Shown: positions 50,996 through 61,264, numbered from the stretch's first letter. The stretch: 64,000 nt of DNA from Anaeromyxobacteraceae bacterium (GCA_047602405.1 JASGHJ010000001.1:1024001-1088000), one strand, 5' to 3'. Program-made: numbers and translations. Notes: generated from the sequence alone by a model not told the origin.

Positions 50996-51074
50996 CCCCC
51001 CGGTGGACGTGTCCGTCCATGAGGTCTCGGGACGAACGGGAGTTGACCTTCCCCGTTCGCCCCGACCGCAGCCC

Positions 51075-51596
51075 TCACGCCATCGCGTGGCCGTGCCCGT
51101 GACCACCGTGCCCGCCGTGCATCCCGCGGCGATGGCCGCACCGGCCGCGGCGCCCGGGGCCCTCGGCGACCATCGCGGCGAGCTCGGTGCGCTGCGCGGG
51201 GTCGAGCGACGCGTGCACGCGGGCGATCGAGCCGGCGAGCCGGGTGCGGAGCGCGGACAGCTTCGCGAGCGGGCCCTCGAGCGCGGCGGAGACGGCGGCC
51301 TCGTCGAGCGCGGGCTCGGCGAGGAGCTTCGCGAGGGAAGCCCGCACGCCGGCGGCCTCGCCGCGCAGCTCCTGGGCGTCGAAGAAGAGCGCGTCGAGCT
51401 CGGCCTTCAGGATGCGCTCCTGCTCGGGCTTCGCGCCGAGGCGGCGGAAGAGCCAGACCATGCGTGCGCGGGGGCCGTGCACGCCGCCCCGGCGGGCGAA
51501 GCGGTGGAAGGCGGCGCGGAAGACGAGGCGGCGCAGCGCGCCGAGGACGAAGAGGGCGGCGATCGCGCCGAGGAAACCGGACCAGAACGGGGACAT
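51075..51596 (-). CDS. Spy/CpxP/heavy-metal-sensor-like helical protein with His-rich tail
   Basis: LGAKPEQ and LDPAQR (LTxxQ-like) motifs; GGAGG RBS. Confidence 0.7.
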   Translation of the reverse strand: MSPFWSGFLGAIAALFVLGALRRLVFRAAFHRFARRGGVHGPRARMVWLFRRLGAKPEQERILKAELDALFFDAQELRGEAAGVRASLAKLLAEPALDEAAVSAALEGPLAKLSALRTRLAGSIARVHASLDPAQRTELAAMVAEGPGRRGRCGHRRGMHGGHGGHGHGHAMA

Positions 51597-51701
51597 CGTT
51601 GCTGCCTCCTTGGCAGTCGTTGGACGGTGCCAAGGTAGGGGCCGCCCTTTGCTCGAGGGTTTCGTGAAGGTGAAGAACCGTGAAGGGTAGAATCCCGAGC
51701 G

Positions 51702-52652
51702 ATGACGCCCGCTCTCGTTGCCCTCGTCCTCGCCGCCGCGCCCGCTGCGCCGCCCGACGAGGTGATCCTCCTCGGCCTGCGCCAGAACCGCGGGCTCCTC
51801 ACGACCTGGGTGGTCGACGCGCGCGGCGCCTCCTGCGCCGGCTCCGGCCTCGCCGTGCCCAGGAAGGACGGCTTCTGGCGCCTCGACCTCGTGGAGCGGA
51901 AAGAGGGCGGCTTCATCGAGGCCGTCGTTCGCACCCGCGCCGGCGCCGCGAAGCCGCGGAAGCTCGGCCCGCCCGGCGAGCCGACCTGCTCCGGCTCGAA
52001 GCACGAGAACGTCCTCTTCGTCGGGCCCGACCACGTCTCGGTCGAGCGGCTCGACGAGGGCTACTGCGAGGGCGCGGCGCACCCCTGGGCCGCGCGCACG
52101 CTCCGCACCTTCCGGCTGGACGACCGGGAGCACGACCTCGACGTCCGCGCGGTCTTCGATCCGGCGGCGGGGCCGCTCCTCGCCCAGGCGTCCCGGAAGG
52201 CCCGCGCCGCGATGCGCGACCGCGAGCGCGCGGAGTGCCTCGTCGAGGAGGGCCTGCCGCAGAGCTTCGGGCTCGTCCGGCGGGAGGGCGCGTGGATCGT
52301 CCGCGCCGCGCTCGACCACGGCAACGAGTCCTGCCGGGGCAACGTCGAGTACTACTCGGTCGACCTGCCGGAGGTCCCGGTGCGGCTCACCGGCTCGCCG
52401 GCGTCGGCGCGGCCCTGGGCTGCCTGGGCGGCGGAGCAGCCCGGCCTCCTCGACGTCGTCGACACCGGGCGGCTCGCCGTGCTCGTCCGCAGCGACGGCT
52501 TCGAGGTGCTCGCGGGCGGGAAGCGCGTCGCGAAGGTCCCGCACCCGGGCGCGTCGCTCGTGATGGTGCAGTGGGCGAAGGGCAAGGCCGCGGCGCGCTG
52601 GCGGACCGAGGCGAAGCGGCTCCTCGACGGGCCGCTCGCGGTGCAGCGGTAG
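51702..52652 (+). CDS. Hypothetical secreted protein
   Basis: Signal peptide, YCEGAAHP motif. Confidence 0.6.
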   Translation: MTPALVALVLAAAPAAPPDEVILLGLRQNRGLLTTWVVDARGASCAGSGLAVPRKDGFWRLDLVERKEGGFIEAVVRTRAGAAKPRKLGPPGEPTCSGSKHENVLFVGPDHVSVERLDEGYCEGAAHPWAARTLRTFRLDDREHDLDVRAVFDPAAGPLLAQASRKARAAMRDRERAECLVEEGLPQSFGLVRREGAWIVRAALDHGNESCRGNVEYYSVDLPEVPVRLTGSPASARPWAAWAAEQPGLLDVVDTGRLAVLVRSDGFEVLAGGKRVAKVPHPGASLVMVQWAKGKAAARWRTEAKRLLDGPLAVQR

Positions 52653-52683
52653 CGCGCACCGCGCCGCGCGTGGGTCCTCGAGG

Positions 52684-53346
52684 TCAGGGCGGCGCCGCCG
52701 GCACCGGCGAGCCGGCCGCGCGCCACTCGGCGCGGCGCCGGTCCTGCTCGGCCTTGCGCGCGAGCGCGTCCTCGAGGCCGCGCGGCAGCTCCGCGAGGCG
52801 CGCGGCGTTGAGCTCGATCGCGAGCAGCAGCAGGCCGCGGTCCTGGTCGGGCAGGTCCGCGCCGCCCGCGTCGAGCGCCGCCTGCGCGAACCGGACCGCG
52901 TCCTCGTGCTCCTTCCGCCGCTCGGCGAAGTAGGTCCGCACCTCCTCCTCGGTGCCGGTGCCGGACAGGACCTTGCCGTAGAGCACGTTCACCGCCTTCG
53001 CGCGCTCGGCGCGGGCCTTCGCGACCTCCGGGTCCGACGTCGGCGCGCCGGTCTCCCAGTAGAGGTTCCCCGGCGTGACCTCGCGGAGCTGGGCGAGGTC
53101 GAGCGGGTACGGCCGCAGGGGCTCGCGCGGAACGGTCGCTGACCCCGCGCCGGGGTCGGGAGAAGGGGGCTGCGCGGCCGCGGGCACGGCGGGAGCGGCC
53201 GCGGGGACGAGGGAAGGGGCGGTGCCGGAGGGCGGGAGGCCCCGCGGCGGGGCGTCCTCACGCTGCGTGACGGGGCGCGTCGTGAGCCACGCGACCCCGG
53301 CGAGCGCCGTGGCGAGGACGAGGACGGCGAGGGCGGCACGACGCAT
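52684..53346 (-). CDS. Hypothetical membrane-anchored protein
   Basis: N-terminal TM helix, Pro linker, helical domain. Confidence 0.6.
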   Translation of the reverse strand: MRRAALAVLVLATALAGVAWLTTRPVTQREDAPPRGLPPSGTAPSLVPAAAPAVPAAAQPPSPDPGAGSATVPREPLRPYPLDLAQLREVTPGNLYWETGAPTSDPEVAKARAERAKAVNVLYGKVLSGTGTEEEVRTYFAERRKEHEDAVRFAQAALDAGGADLPDQDRGLLLLAIELNAARLAELPRGLEDALARKAEQDRRRAEWRAAGSPVPAAPP

Positions 53347-53486
53347 CGCGGTGGGCTCCAGGCCGCCTGGGTTTCCTCTTGGGTCGCCTCCTCACGGAGC
53401 GTGGAGGGCGTCCGCGCGGACCCTTAGGCGGTGTGCTTCCCATGGCCGGTTCCCCGACCGGCCGCACCTCCCGGAGGGATGCTCCC

Positions 53487-54803
53487 ATGCGACGGCTCCT
53501 GCTCGTCTCCCTGGCCACGCTCGTCCTCACGCTCCCGCCGTCGGCGCGGGCGCAGACGCTCACCGACCTCCTCGTCAACGTGCTCGTGGACGGAGGCAAC
53601 AGCTGGACGTGGGAGAAGGTCGCGCTCCCCGGCGCGGTGTGTGGCAACGGCTCGCAGTACAAGTTCTTCGTCCACGCGACCGGCTCGCCGAACGTGCTGT
53701 TCTACTTCCAGGGCGGCGGCGCGTGCTGGGACTACGACACCTGCAGCGGCCGCGCCGGGGTCCTCGGCGCCGCGAACCCGAACGGCATCCCTGACGACTT
53801 CATGTCGTCGTTCACGGCGAAGTACGTGTCACCGATCGTGAACGGCGCCGACCCGGGGCTCGCGGGCGTGCGCCCAAAGACCTCGCTCGTCACGGCCGGC
53901 TGGAACGTCGTGTTCATGCCGTACTGCACGGGCGACGTGCACGTGGGCAACAGCACCGTGACCTACGTCGACCCGACCGGCGCCGAGCCGCCGCTCCCCT
54001 GGCACCACGCGGGCTTCACGAACACGATGGCCGCGCTCGACTGGACCCACGCGCGCTTCCCGGCCATCCAGAAGCTCCTCGTCTCCGGCTACAGCGCGGG
54101 CGGCACGGCGACCGCGGCGGGCTACTACTTCGTGCGCACGAAGCTCGCGCCGCAGAAGTCCTACTACCTCGACGACTCCGGCCCGATCTTCCCGGCGCCG
54201 ACGTCGGCCTACAACTCGCGGAAGCTCCACGACACCATCCGCGCCTCGTGGGCGCTCGACTCGGTCTTCGCGCTCCTGCCTCCGAGCTTCGACCGGAGCG
54301 ACTTCGGCTCCATCAACCGCATGGTGGCCCTCTCGTTCCCGAACGACCGGATCGCGTACACGGGCTACACGCGCGACTACAACTACTCGCGCTTCAGCTA
54401 CGAGCGGTTCCTCACGCCCAACGACGAGGCCTCCATCCACGCGTACTGGCTCACCGACCAGACCAACCTCGTGAACCAGCTGAAGGCCTACCCGAACACG
54501 AGCTACTTCGTCCCGTACCACCGGCCCATCAACGCCTCGCACTGCGACACCATCATCACGTTCATCGGCAGCCACGCGTGCCAGCAGATGCTCAAGAAGA
54601 AGTACTTCTGGGAGTACCTCGAGTGGCCCTGGGGCCAGACGTACAAGTGCTACAGCGAGTTCGTGCCGATGGAGACGTTCCTCACCCGCTTCGTCGGCCA
54701 GGACGCGCAGGTGCGGATCGTCGAACCCCCGAACTGGTACAACAACGAGGATCCCGGGATGAAGATCGTCGCGCCGCTCATCAACTCGGCGATCGGGAAC
54801 TGA
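53487..54803 (+). CDS. Secreted pectin-acetylesterase-family hydrolase
   Basis: [29 protein letters not shown] nucleophile elbow. Confidence 0.85.
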   Translation: MRRLLLVSLATLVLTLPPSARAQTLTDLLVNVLVDGGNSWTWEKVALPGAVCGNGSQYKFFVHATGSPNVLFYFQGGGACWDYDTCSGRAGVLGAANPNGIPDDFMSSFTAKYVSPIVNGADPGLAGVRPKTSLVTAGWNVVFMPYCTGDVHVGNSTVTYVDPTGAEPPLPWHHAGFTNTMAALDWTHARFPAIQKLLVSGYSAGGTATAAGYYFVRTKLAPQKSYYLDDSGPIFPAPTSAYNSRKLHDTIRASWALDSVFALLPPSFDRSDFGSINRMVALSFPNDRIAYTGYTRDYNYSRFSYERFLTPNDEASIHAYWLTDQTNLVNQLKAYPNTSYFVPYHRPINASHCDTIITFIGSHACQQMLKKKYFWEYLEWPWGQTYKCYSEFVPMETFLTRFVGQDAQVRIVEPPNWYNNEDPGMKIVAPLINSAIGN

Positions 54804-54865
54804 CCCGCCGGCGCGCGGCGGAGGGCTCGCGGGGCCCGCGGTTCGCCGCGTGGCCCTTCGCCGCC

Positions 54866-55792
54866 TCAGCGGAGCGCCCGCCGCGCCACCTCGCGGATCG
54901 CGTCCGCGATGGGCACCGGGGCCTCCTCCTGCAGGTAGTGCCCGGCCGGCACCGTGATCACCGGCGCCCGCGGCAGGAGCTCCTGGTTGCGCCGGAGCGC
55001 GCGGGCGAGGATCGGATCCAGGTCGGCCCACACGATCGCCGCCGGCCCCGCGTACGCGCCCGTGAACGCCTCCACCGCGCGGAGCCCCTCGAGCGACGGG
55101 TGCGCCCCGCCGGTCGGCACCATCCGCGCGAGCGCGAGCGGCGCCGTGCGGTCGGCACGGGCGCGGAGCGGCCAGGTGTAGGCGTACGCGACGTCGCCGG
55201 CGATCGAGTCCGGGTCGGCCTGCGTGCGCTGCAGGAGGTTCTGCGGGAAGCCGAGCCAGTGGAACGCGAGCTCGGCCACCCCGGGCAGGTTCGCGAAGCG
55301 GTGGAACGCGGTCGGCCGGTGCCCGTCGCGCGGCGGGCGCAGCACCGTGTTCGTCAGGACGAGCCCGGCGAGCCGGTCCGCGAGCCCGGACATCGCGAGC
55401 ACGCCGATCGGCCCGCCCCAGTCGTGGACGGCGAGCACCACGGGCGCGCTCCCGAGCGACCGCACGAGGCCGCGCAGCACCGCCGCGTGGCGCTCGAGCG
55501 TGTGCCAGGCAGGGTCGCGCGGCTTCTCGGAGAGCCCGAGCCCGGGGAGGTCCGGCATCACGACGCGCAGGCCCGTGCCGGTGAGCGCGCCCGCGACCTT
55601 CCGCCAGAGGAAGCCCCAGGTCGGGTTCCCGTGCACGAGGAGCGCGACGGGCGCGGTCGCGCTGCCCGCCGCGCCCGCCTCCATCACGTGGAGCCGGAGC
55701 CCCTCGACCTCGACCACCCGCCGCTCGAACGCGCCGAGGTGCCGCGCGAGGCGCGCGGGCAGCTCGGGCGCGGGCGGGTGCGCGTCGCTCAC
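54866..55792 (-). CDS. Haloalkane-dehalogenase-like alpha/beta hydrolase
   Basis: HGNPTW, PDLPGLGLS, VHDWGG, AGHYLQE. Confidence 0.85.
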   Translation of the reverse strand: MSDAHPPAPELPARLARHLGAFERRVVEVEGLRLHVMEAGAAGSATAPVALLVHGNPTWGFLWRKVAGALTGTGLRVVMPDLPGLGLSEKPRDPAWHTLERHAAVLRGLVRSLGSAPVVLAVHDWGGPIGVLAMSGLADRLAGLVLTNTVLRPPRDGHRPTAFHRFANLPGVAELAFHWLGFPQNLLQRTQADPDSIAGDVAYAYTWPLRARADRTAPLALARMVPTGGAHPSLEGLRAVEAFTGAYAGPAAIVWADLDPILARALRRNQELLPRAPVITVPAGHYLQEEAPVPIADAIREVARRALR

Positions 55793-57786
55793 GCGGCGGG
55801 ATCCGCCTTCTGACCCTCCGCGGCCGGCGCGTCCGCGGCCGCCTTCCTCGGCAGCCCGAGCGCGACGATCTCGGCGACGTCCATCACCTTCAGCCGGCCC
55901 TCGCGGCCGGTCTCGTTGATGCCGTCCTTCACCATGGTCAGGCAGAACGGGCAGCCGGTCGCGACGACGCCGCCCGCGGCGCCGAGCGTCTCGTCGGCCT
56001 CGCGCACGCGCTCCTGGTTGATGCGCGTGCCGAGCTTCTCCTCGAGCCACATCCGCCCGCCGCCCGCGCCGCAGCAGAAGCCCTGGCGGCCGTTGCGGGG
56101 CATCTCCTTCACGTCCACGCCCGCCGCGGCGAGCGCCGCGCGCGGGGCGCGGGTCTCGCCGTTCCACCGGCCCAGGTAGCAGGGGTCGTGGAAGGTGACC
56201 TCGCCGAGCCCCTCCGCCTTGCCGGCGGGGAGCTTCCCGTCGGCGACGAGCCGCGCGATGAGCTGCGTGTGGTGGACGATCTCGAACTTCCCGCCGAACT
56301 GCGGGAACTCGTTGCCGATGGTGTTGAGGCAGTGCGGGCACTGCACGAGGATCTTCTTCACCCCGTAGCCGTTCAGGGTCTCGACGTTCGCGGCGGCCTG
56401 CATCTGGAACAGGTACTCGTTGCCGAGCCGGCGCGCGGCGTCGCCGGTGCAGGTCTCCTCCTCGCCGAGGATCGCGAACGAGACCTTCGCCTCGCGGAGG
56501 ATCTGCACGATCGCGCGGGAGACCTTCTTCTGCCGGTCGTCGAACGCGCCCGCGCAGCCGACGAAGAACAGCCACTCGAACGGCTCGCCGGAGGAGGCGC
56601 GCGGCACGTCGAGGTCGGCGCACCACTCGGCGCGCTTGTTGGAGCCGATGCCCCAGGGGTTGCCCTGCGTCTCGAGCGCCTTGAACATGCGCGCGGCCTC
56701 GTCCGGGAAGACCGAGTCGACCTGCACCGCCTGCCGTCGCATGTCGACGAGGCGGGGCACGTTCTCGATGAGCACCGGGCAGGCCGTCTCGCACCAGCCG
56801 CAGGTCGTGCAGGCCCAGAAGGTCTCCGGCGGGACGACCTCCGAGATCGGCGGGAGCTTCGCGAGGGCGGCCTCCTTCGCGGCGGCGTCCGGCGCCCTCG
56901 CGAGCGCCACCAGATCAGGGCCGATCTTCTGGATGTGGTGCCGGATGGCCCGGTTCACCTCCTTGTGCGAGAGCGGCTTCCCGGTCACGTAGGTCGGGCA
57001 GTGGGTCTGGCAGCGGCCGCACTCGGTGCAGCTGTAGGTGTCCCAGGCCTCCTTCCAGGAGAGGTCCTTCACCGTCGCGGTGCCGTAGCTCGCGTCCTCG
57101 CTCTCGAGGTCGAGCTTGCGGAGCGCGCCGGCGGGCGGGAGCCGCGCGAAGAAGACGTTCGGGAGCGAGGTGATGATGTGGAAGTGCTTCCCGTACGGGA
57201 GCACGTTCAGGAAGGCGAGGATGATCGCGAGGTGGAGGAGGAGCGAGGCGAGCGCGAGGCCGTACCCGCCCTCGCCCGCGCGCAGCCCCGCCTCGTAGGT
57301 GAGCTCGGTCACCATGAGGCCGGCGATCATGAAGAGGATGACGACGCCCTCGGTCGAGAGCGTGAGCCGGTCCGGCTTCGTGACGAGCCGGCGCCACAGG
57401 AAGCCGAGCACGCCCGCGAGCGCGCCGATCACCACGACGTCCTTCACGAACGCGTACACCCGGCCGATCGCCTGGTCCTCGCCGAGGAGCGGCAGGTGGA
57501 ACCCGGGGCCGGCGAAGCCGACGCCGAAGAGCGTGATGGTGCGGAGCGCGAGCACCATGAACGCGGCGAACACGAGGACGTGCAGGAAGCCCGGCCCGGC
57601 CTCCTCGGGGTCGACGAGCCGCTGCTGCCCGAGGCCGAACCGCGCCACGAGCCCGGCGCGCTCGCCGGCGCGGGAGAGCCGGTCGTCGGCCCGGAACGCG
57701 CGGAGCGGCATGAGCCGCCGCGACATGGTCCAGCCGAAGAAGCCCAGTCCGACGAGGAGCATCACCGCGGTGACGAGGGGGGCCAT
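55789..57786 (-). CDS. Membrane Fe-S oxidoreductase with CCG domains (FadF/HdrD-like)
   Basis: TM region, CTECGRC...CP, CTTCGWC...CP, HDPCYLGR, CCGAGGG. Confidence 0.88.
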   Translation of the reverse strand: MAPLVTAVMLLVGLGFFGWTMSRRLMPLRAFRADDRLSRAGERAGLVARFGLGQQRLVDPEEAGPGFLHVLVFAAFMVLALRTITLFGVGFAGPGFHLPLLGEDQAIGRVYAFVKDVVVIGALAGVLGFLWRRLVTKPDRLTLSTEGVVILFMIAGLMVTELTYEAGLRAGEGGYGLALASLLLHLAIILAFLNVLPYGKHFHIITSLPNVFFARLPPAGALRKLDLESEDASYGTATVKDLSWKEAWDTYSCTECGRCQTHCPTYVTGKPLSHKEVNRAIRHHIQKIGPDLVALARAPDAAAKEAALAKLPPISEVVPPETFWACTTCGWCETACPVLIENVPRLVDMRRQAVQVDSVFPDEAARMFKALETQGNPWGIGSNKRAEWCADLDVPRASSGEPFEWLFFVGCAGAFDDRQKKVSRAIVQILREAKVSFAILGEEETCTGDAARRLGNEYLFQMQAAANVETLNGYGVKKILVQCPHCLNTIGNEFPQFGGKFEIVHHTQLIARLVADGKLPAGKAEGLGEVTFHDPCYLGRWNGETRAPRAALAAAGVDVKEMPRNGRQGFCCGAGGGRMWLEEKLGTRINQERVREADETLGAAGGVVATGCPFCLTMVKDGINETGREGRLKVMDVAEIVALGLPRKAAADAPAAEGQKADPAA

Positions 57787-57884
57787 GACGCGGCAAGCTA
57801 CCACCGCGGGTCGCGGCGGCAAGCGCGAAGGCAGGTCCCTGATCGGAAAAGAGAAACGGCCGCGCGCCGCCCAGCGGACGAGGA

Positions 57885-57917
57885 GAGGGCCGCCCCGGTT
57901 CGACCGGAGCGGCCCTC
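57885..57917. terminator. GC-rich hairpin, possible terminator
   Basis: agggccgccccggt tcg accggagcggccct stem; on the minus strand it is followed later by tttctcttttc. Confidence 0.4.
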
Positions 57918-57945
57918 GAGCCTTCGTCCGACTCCCGGCAGCCGG

Positions 57946-59244
57946 TCAGTTCACGCGGCGGCGGAAGCTGGGCGAGCCGTTGCTGGCGTCATCCTTCTTC
58001 TTGTCGTCCTTCTTCTCTTCCTTCTTCTCCGGCGGCCGCGCGGGCGGCGGGGCCGGAGCCGGCGCGGGCGCCGGGGCGGGCTGCGCGCGGGGCCGGTCGT
58101 TCTCGACGGGTGCGCCGCGCGGGATGCCGGGGTTGCGGGTCGGCGGGCTCACGCCGCCGGACCACGGGCGGTCGGGCCGGCCGGGCCCGGGCCCTGGGGC
58201 CGGAGCCTCGACGCCGCCGCCACGGTTGCCGTTCCCGGGATTCCCGCGGCCGGGGTTACCGTTGCCGGGGTTGCCCGGGTTGCCGGGCGGCGGGAAGCCG
58301 GGAGGGGGAGCGGGCTGGGGCGCGGGCTGCTGGCCGGGCGGGGTGCCGCCCTGGCCCGGGGGCAGGTTGCCGTGGCCGAGGGCGTCGTCGCCGCGGCCGG
58401 GGAAGCCGGGCCGGTTGCGGCCGGGCGGGAAGGGCTGGCTCGGATCCGCGGGCGGGCCGGGCTGCGGCGTGGGCTGCGGGGCCGGCTGGGGGTTCGTGCC
58501 CGGGTAAGGCGCGGGCGTCGGGCGCTCGCGGCCGGGCATGGGCGGAGGGTACGGCTGCGGCGCAGGCTGCGGATACGGCTGCGGGCTGGGCGCCGGCCGG
58601 GGCTCGCGCTCACGCGGATCGTACGGGCGCGGCGCGGGGGCCGGCGTCGGGTTGGGGCGCGGCGGCGGCGGGCGCACCGGCGTGGGCGCGGGGCGCGCGT
58701 CGTGCGGCGGGCGCGCGGGCCGCCACGGGGCCGGGGCCGGCCAGTAGTTCACCGGCGGTGGACGGTTGTGGCGCCACGGGCCGACGTACACCCAGCCCTC
58801 GCCGCGGCGCCAGACGAAGTCGGCGCCCGAGCGCGGCGCGTAGTCGTGGTAGTGCGGGCCGGAGAGGAAGCACCAGCCGCCGCCGGGCAGCGGGTGACCG
58901 GCGGTGTACGTGAACTGGTACGGGCCGGCGTAGGAGTAGTAGCCGCGGTCGAGCGTGTACCAGTCGAAGTTGTCCGGGTAGTAGTCGTGCCAGTGGGCGC
59001 CCTCGAGGAAGCACCAGCCGCCGCCGACCTCCTCCGGGATCCAGTGCTGGCCGTAGTACCAGACCTGCAGCGGCTGGGGCTGCGCCACCGGCGGCGGGAC
59101 GGGCTGCGGGTAGCTCTGCGGATACGTCTGGGGCGCGTAGGTCGGCTCGGGCGGCGGGATGTACGTGCTGCGGCTGCGCGTCTCGTAGACGTAGCAGCCC
59201 GTGCCGAACGCGAGCGCGAGGGTCAGCGTGAGGATGCGCTTCAT
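57946..59244 (-). CDS. Pro-rich lipoprotein with duplicated Cys/His motif
   Basis: MKRILTLTLALAFGTGC lipobox; two GGGWCFLxGxHxHDY repeats; long P/G/N-rich tail. Confidence 0.75.
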   Translation of the reverse strand: MKRILTLTLALAFGTGCYVYETRSRSTYIPPPEPTYAPQTYPQSYPQPVPPPVAQPQPLQVWYYGQHWIPEEVGGGWCFLEGAHWHDYYPDNFDWYTLDRGYYSYAGPYQFTYTAGHPLPGGGWCFLSGPHYHDYAPRSGADFVWRRGEGWVYVGPWRHNRPPPVNYWPAPAPWRPARPPHDARPAPTPVRPPPPRPNPTPAPAPRPYDPREREPRPAPSPQPYPQPAPQPYPPPMPGRERPTPAPYPGTNPQPAPQPTPQPGPPADPSQPFPPGRNRPGFPGRGDDALGHGNLPPGQGGTPPGQQPAPQPAPPPGFPPPGNPGNPGNGNPGRGNPGNGNRGGGVEAPAPGPGPGRPDRPWSGGVSPPTRNPGIPRGAPVENDRPRAQPAPAPAPAPAPPPARPPEKKEEKKDDKKKDDASNGSPSFRRRVN

Positions 59245-59412
59245 CGGAGGATTCCTCCCAGGGATCCGACGTGCAGGGGTGGCGCGTGATTCACGCACCT
59301 GGGAGGCGATCCTAGCAGCGCCCGTGCCACGGCCCAAACCCGCGTCCGCACGGACGTCCCGACGCACACGGGCGTGCCGCCCGCGCACGCCTGGGGCACG
59401 CCGCGGACTGCC

Positions 59413-59937
59413 TCAGTGGAGGGTGCGCTCGGGTGGGAGGGACGGCGCGCGCGCGAGCCACCGCTGCAGGATCTCGGCGTACTCGTCGGCGGAGCGGGTG
59501 CCGGACACGAGCCACGCCTCGCCGATCACGAGCGCGGGCGCCGCGCCGATGCCGCGGCAGCGCGCCGTGCGCCAGGTGGCGAGCACCGCCCGCTCGGTCG
59601 AGGGGCGGCCGAGCGCCTCGGTGAACCGGGCGCGGTCGAGGCCGGCGAGCTCCGCGAGCTCCACGAGCACCTCGGCGCTGGCCGTCTCGAGCCCGCGCTC
59701 GAGGGTCGCCTCCCTGAGCACCCGGCGGAGCGCGGCCTCGCGCGCCGGTCCCTGCTCGCGCGCGGCGGCGAGCGCGGCGAGCACGCGCACCGACCCCGGG
59801 GCGAGCGGGAACGGAGCGTGGCGCAGCGCGACCTCGACGCCGAGGGCGTCGGCGGCCGCGGCGATGCGCGCCTCGGCGAGGGCGCACCAGGGCGAGAGAG
59901 GATCCTCGTAGAGGACGACGTCGACGGTGGCGGGCAC
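59413..59937 (-). CDS. DsbA/FrnE-like thioredoxin-fold protein
   Basis: YEDPLSPWC, GIGAAPALVI. Confidence 0.7.
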   Translation of the reverse strand: MPATVDVVLYEDPLSPWCALAEARIAAAADALGVEVALRHAPFPLAPGSVRVLAALAAAREQGPAREAALRRVLREATLERGLETASAEVLVELAELAGLDRARFTEALGRPSTERAVLATWRTARCRGIGAAPALVIGEAWLVSGTRSADEYAEILQRWLARAPSLPPERTLH

Positions 59938-60060
59938 GGGTCACCTCGCTGCGCGGGAACTTCGCGCGGGCGGCTCGAACGGGTCCGAACCTAGCGTGTC
60001 GGCCCGCGCTCGCGCGAGGGACGACCCGCCTCGCGCCCGCTTGCCCGGACGAGTCTCCAT

Positions 60061-60131
60061 TTCGCGGGGCGCTCGGCGCGCCCCGCCCCGCCGACCCTGA
60101 GCGGGTCGTCGGGGACCCCACCGCGGCAGCC
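60061..60131 (-). repeat. Palindromic repeat family B, copy 3
   Basis: Reverse complement reads gctgccgcggtggggtcccc-[hairpin]-ggggcggggcgcgccgagcgccccgcgaa. Confidence 0.7.
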
Positions 60132-60151
60132 GGGCCAACCCCCCGTGGCAC

Positions 60152-61135
60152 CTACCCGATCCGCCCGTGGATGGCGTCCGCGAGCCGCGCGTGGCCGAAC
60201 TCCAGCGCGTGCTCCACGTACGCGCGCGCGATGTCGAGCCCGGTGGCGCTCTCGAGCCCCTCGAAGCCGGGCGACGAGTTCACCTCCATGATCTTCGGCC
60301 CGCTGCGCGCCTCCAGCATGTCGACGCCGGCGACCTCGAGCCCCATCACCCGCGTCGCCTTCACCGCCGCCTCGGCGAACTCGCGCTCGAGCGTCACCGC
60401 CTCGGCGACGCCGCCGCGGTGGATGTTGGAGCGGAACTCGCCGGAGCGGGCGGTGCGGCGCATGGCGGCGACCACGCGATCGCCCACCACGAACGCGCGC
60501 ACGTCCTTGCCCCGCGACTCGGCGACGAGCTCCTGGATCAGGATCTCCTGGCCGAGCGTCCAGAGCGTGTCGAGCATCGAGCGGAGCTCCGGCTCGCTGG
60601 TCGCGATCATCACGCCGACCCCCTGCGTGCCCTGGATGAGCTTCACGATGCACGGGAGCCCGCCGACCTGCTCGAGCGCGGTCGGCACCTCCTCGCGGTA
60701 GCGGCACATCACGGTGCGCGGGATCGGGATGCCGAAGCGCGAGAGGAGCTGCAGCGCACGCAGCTTGTCGCGCGAGCGGGCGATGGGGATGGAGGCGGCG
60801 AGGACCGGCACGCCCATCATGTCGAACTGGTTCACGACCGCGAGGCCGTAGCCGGTGATCGAGGCGCCGATGCGCGGGACGACGACGTGGACCGCCTGCG
60901 GGAGCACGTCGGCGCCGCGGTAGAGGATGGCCGGCCGGTCGGGCCCGAGGACCATGTTGCAGCGCAGGGTGTCGAGCACCTGCGGGCGGTGGCCGAGGGC
61001 CTTCGTCGCCTCCACGAGCCGCCGGGTCGAGTAGAGCTTCGGGTTCCGGGAGAGGATGAGGACGCCGAGGCGGCCGCCCGGGGGGACCGGTCGCCTCGCG
61101 AGCCTGGCCTTGCGCTTCTTCCTGGGGGGAGCCAC
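60152..61135 (-). CDS. rimK: RimK-family ATP-grasp ligase
   Basis: ILSRNPKLYSTRRL, PRIGASIT, SRDKLR, GTQGVGV, FRSNIHRGG, EVNSSPG; start approximate. Confidence 0.88.
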   Translation of the reverse strand: MAPPRKKRKARLARRPVPPGGRLGVLILSRNPKLYSTRRLVEATKALGHRPQVLDTLRCNMVLGPDRPAILYRGADVLPQAVHVVVPRIGASITGYGLAVVNQFDMMGVPVLAASIPIARSRDKLRALQLLSRFGIPIPRTVMCRYREEVPTALEQVGGLPCIVKLIQGTQGVGVMIATSEPELRSMLDTLWTLGQEILIQELVAESRGKDVRAFVVGDRVVAAMRRTARSGEFRSNIHRGGVAEAVTLEREFAEAAVKATRVMGLEVAGVDMLEARSGPKIMEVNSSPGFEGLESATGLDIARAYVEHALEFGHARLADAIHGRIG

Positions 61136-61177
61136 CGGACGCACCACGTTAGCGGTGGGGCGGTGTGGGGGCAACTC

Positions 61178-61264
61178 GGCAAGTCCCCGGCTTCGGTGCT
61201 GACGCACCTCAAGGCGCCGAGGGCAAGCCCCCGGCTTCGGTGCCGGCGCACCTCGGGGCAAGCC
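61178..61264 (+). repeat. Two tandem ~38-bp direct repeats (period 44), related to family A
   Basis: ggcaagYccccggcttcggtgcYgRcgcacctcRRggc at 61178 and 61222. Confidence 0.75.

Larger units (their letters stand above)
49472..51025 (-). mobile_element. IS110-family insertion sequence, 1554 bp, flanked by CT core on both sides
   Basis: Boundaries defined by the interrupted repeat; no long terminal IRs or classical TSD; appears lower in GC than flanks. Confidence 0.9.

Noticed and set aside
45590..51040. tRNA-anchored integrative island
   Set aside because: No integrase and no duplicated tRNA 3' end seen downstream
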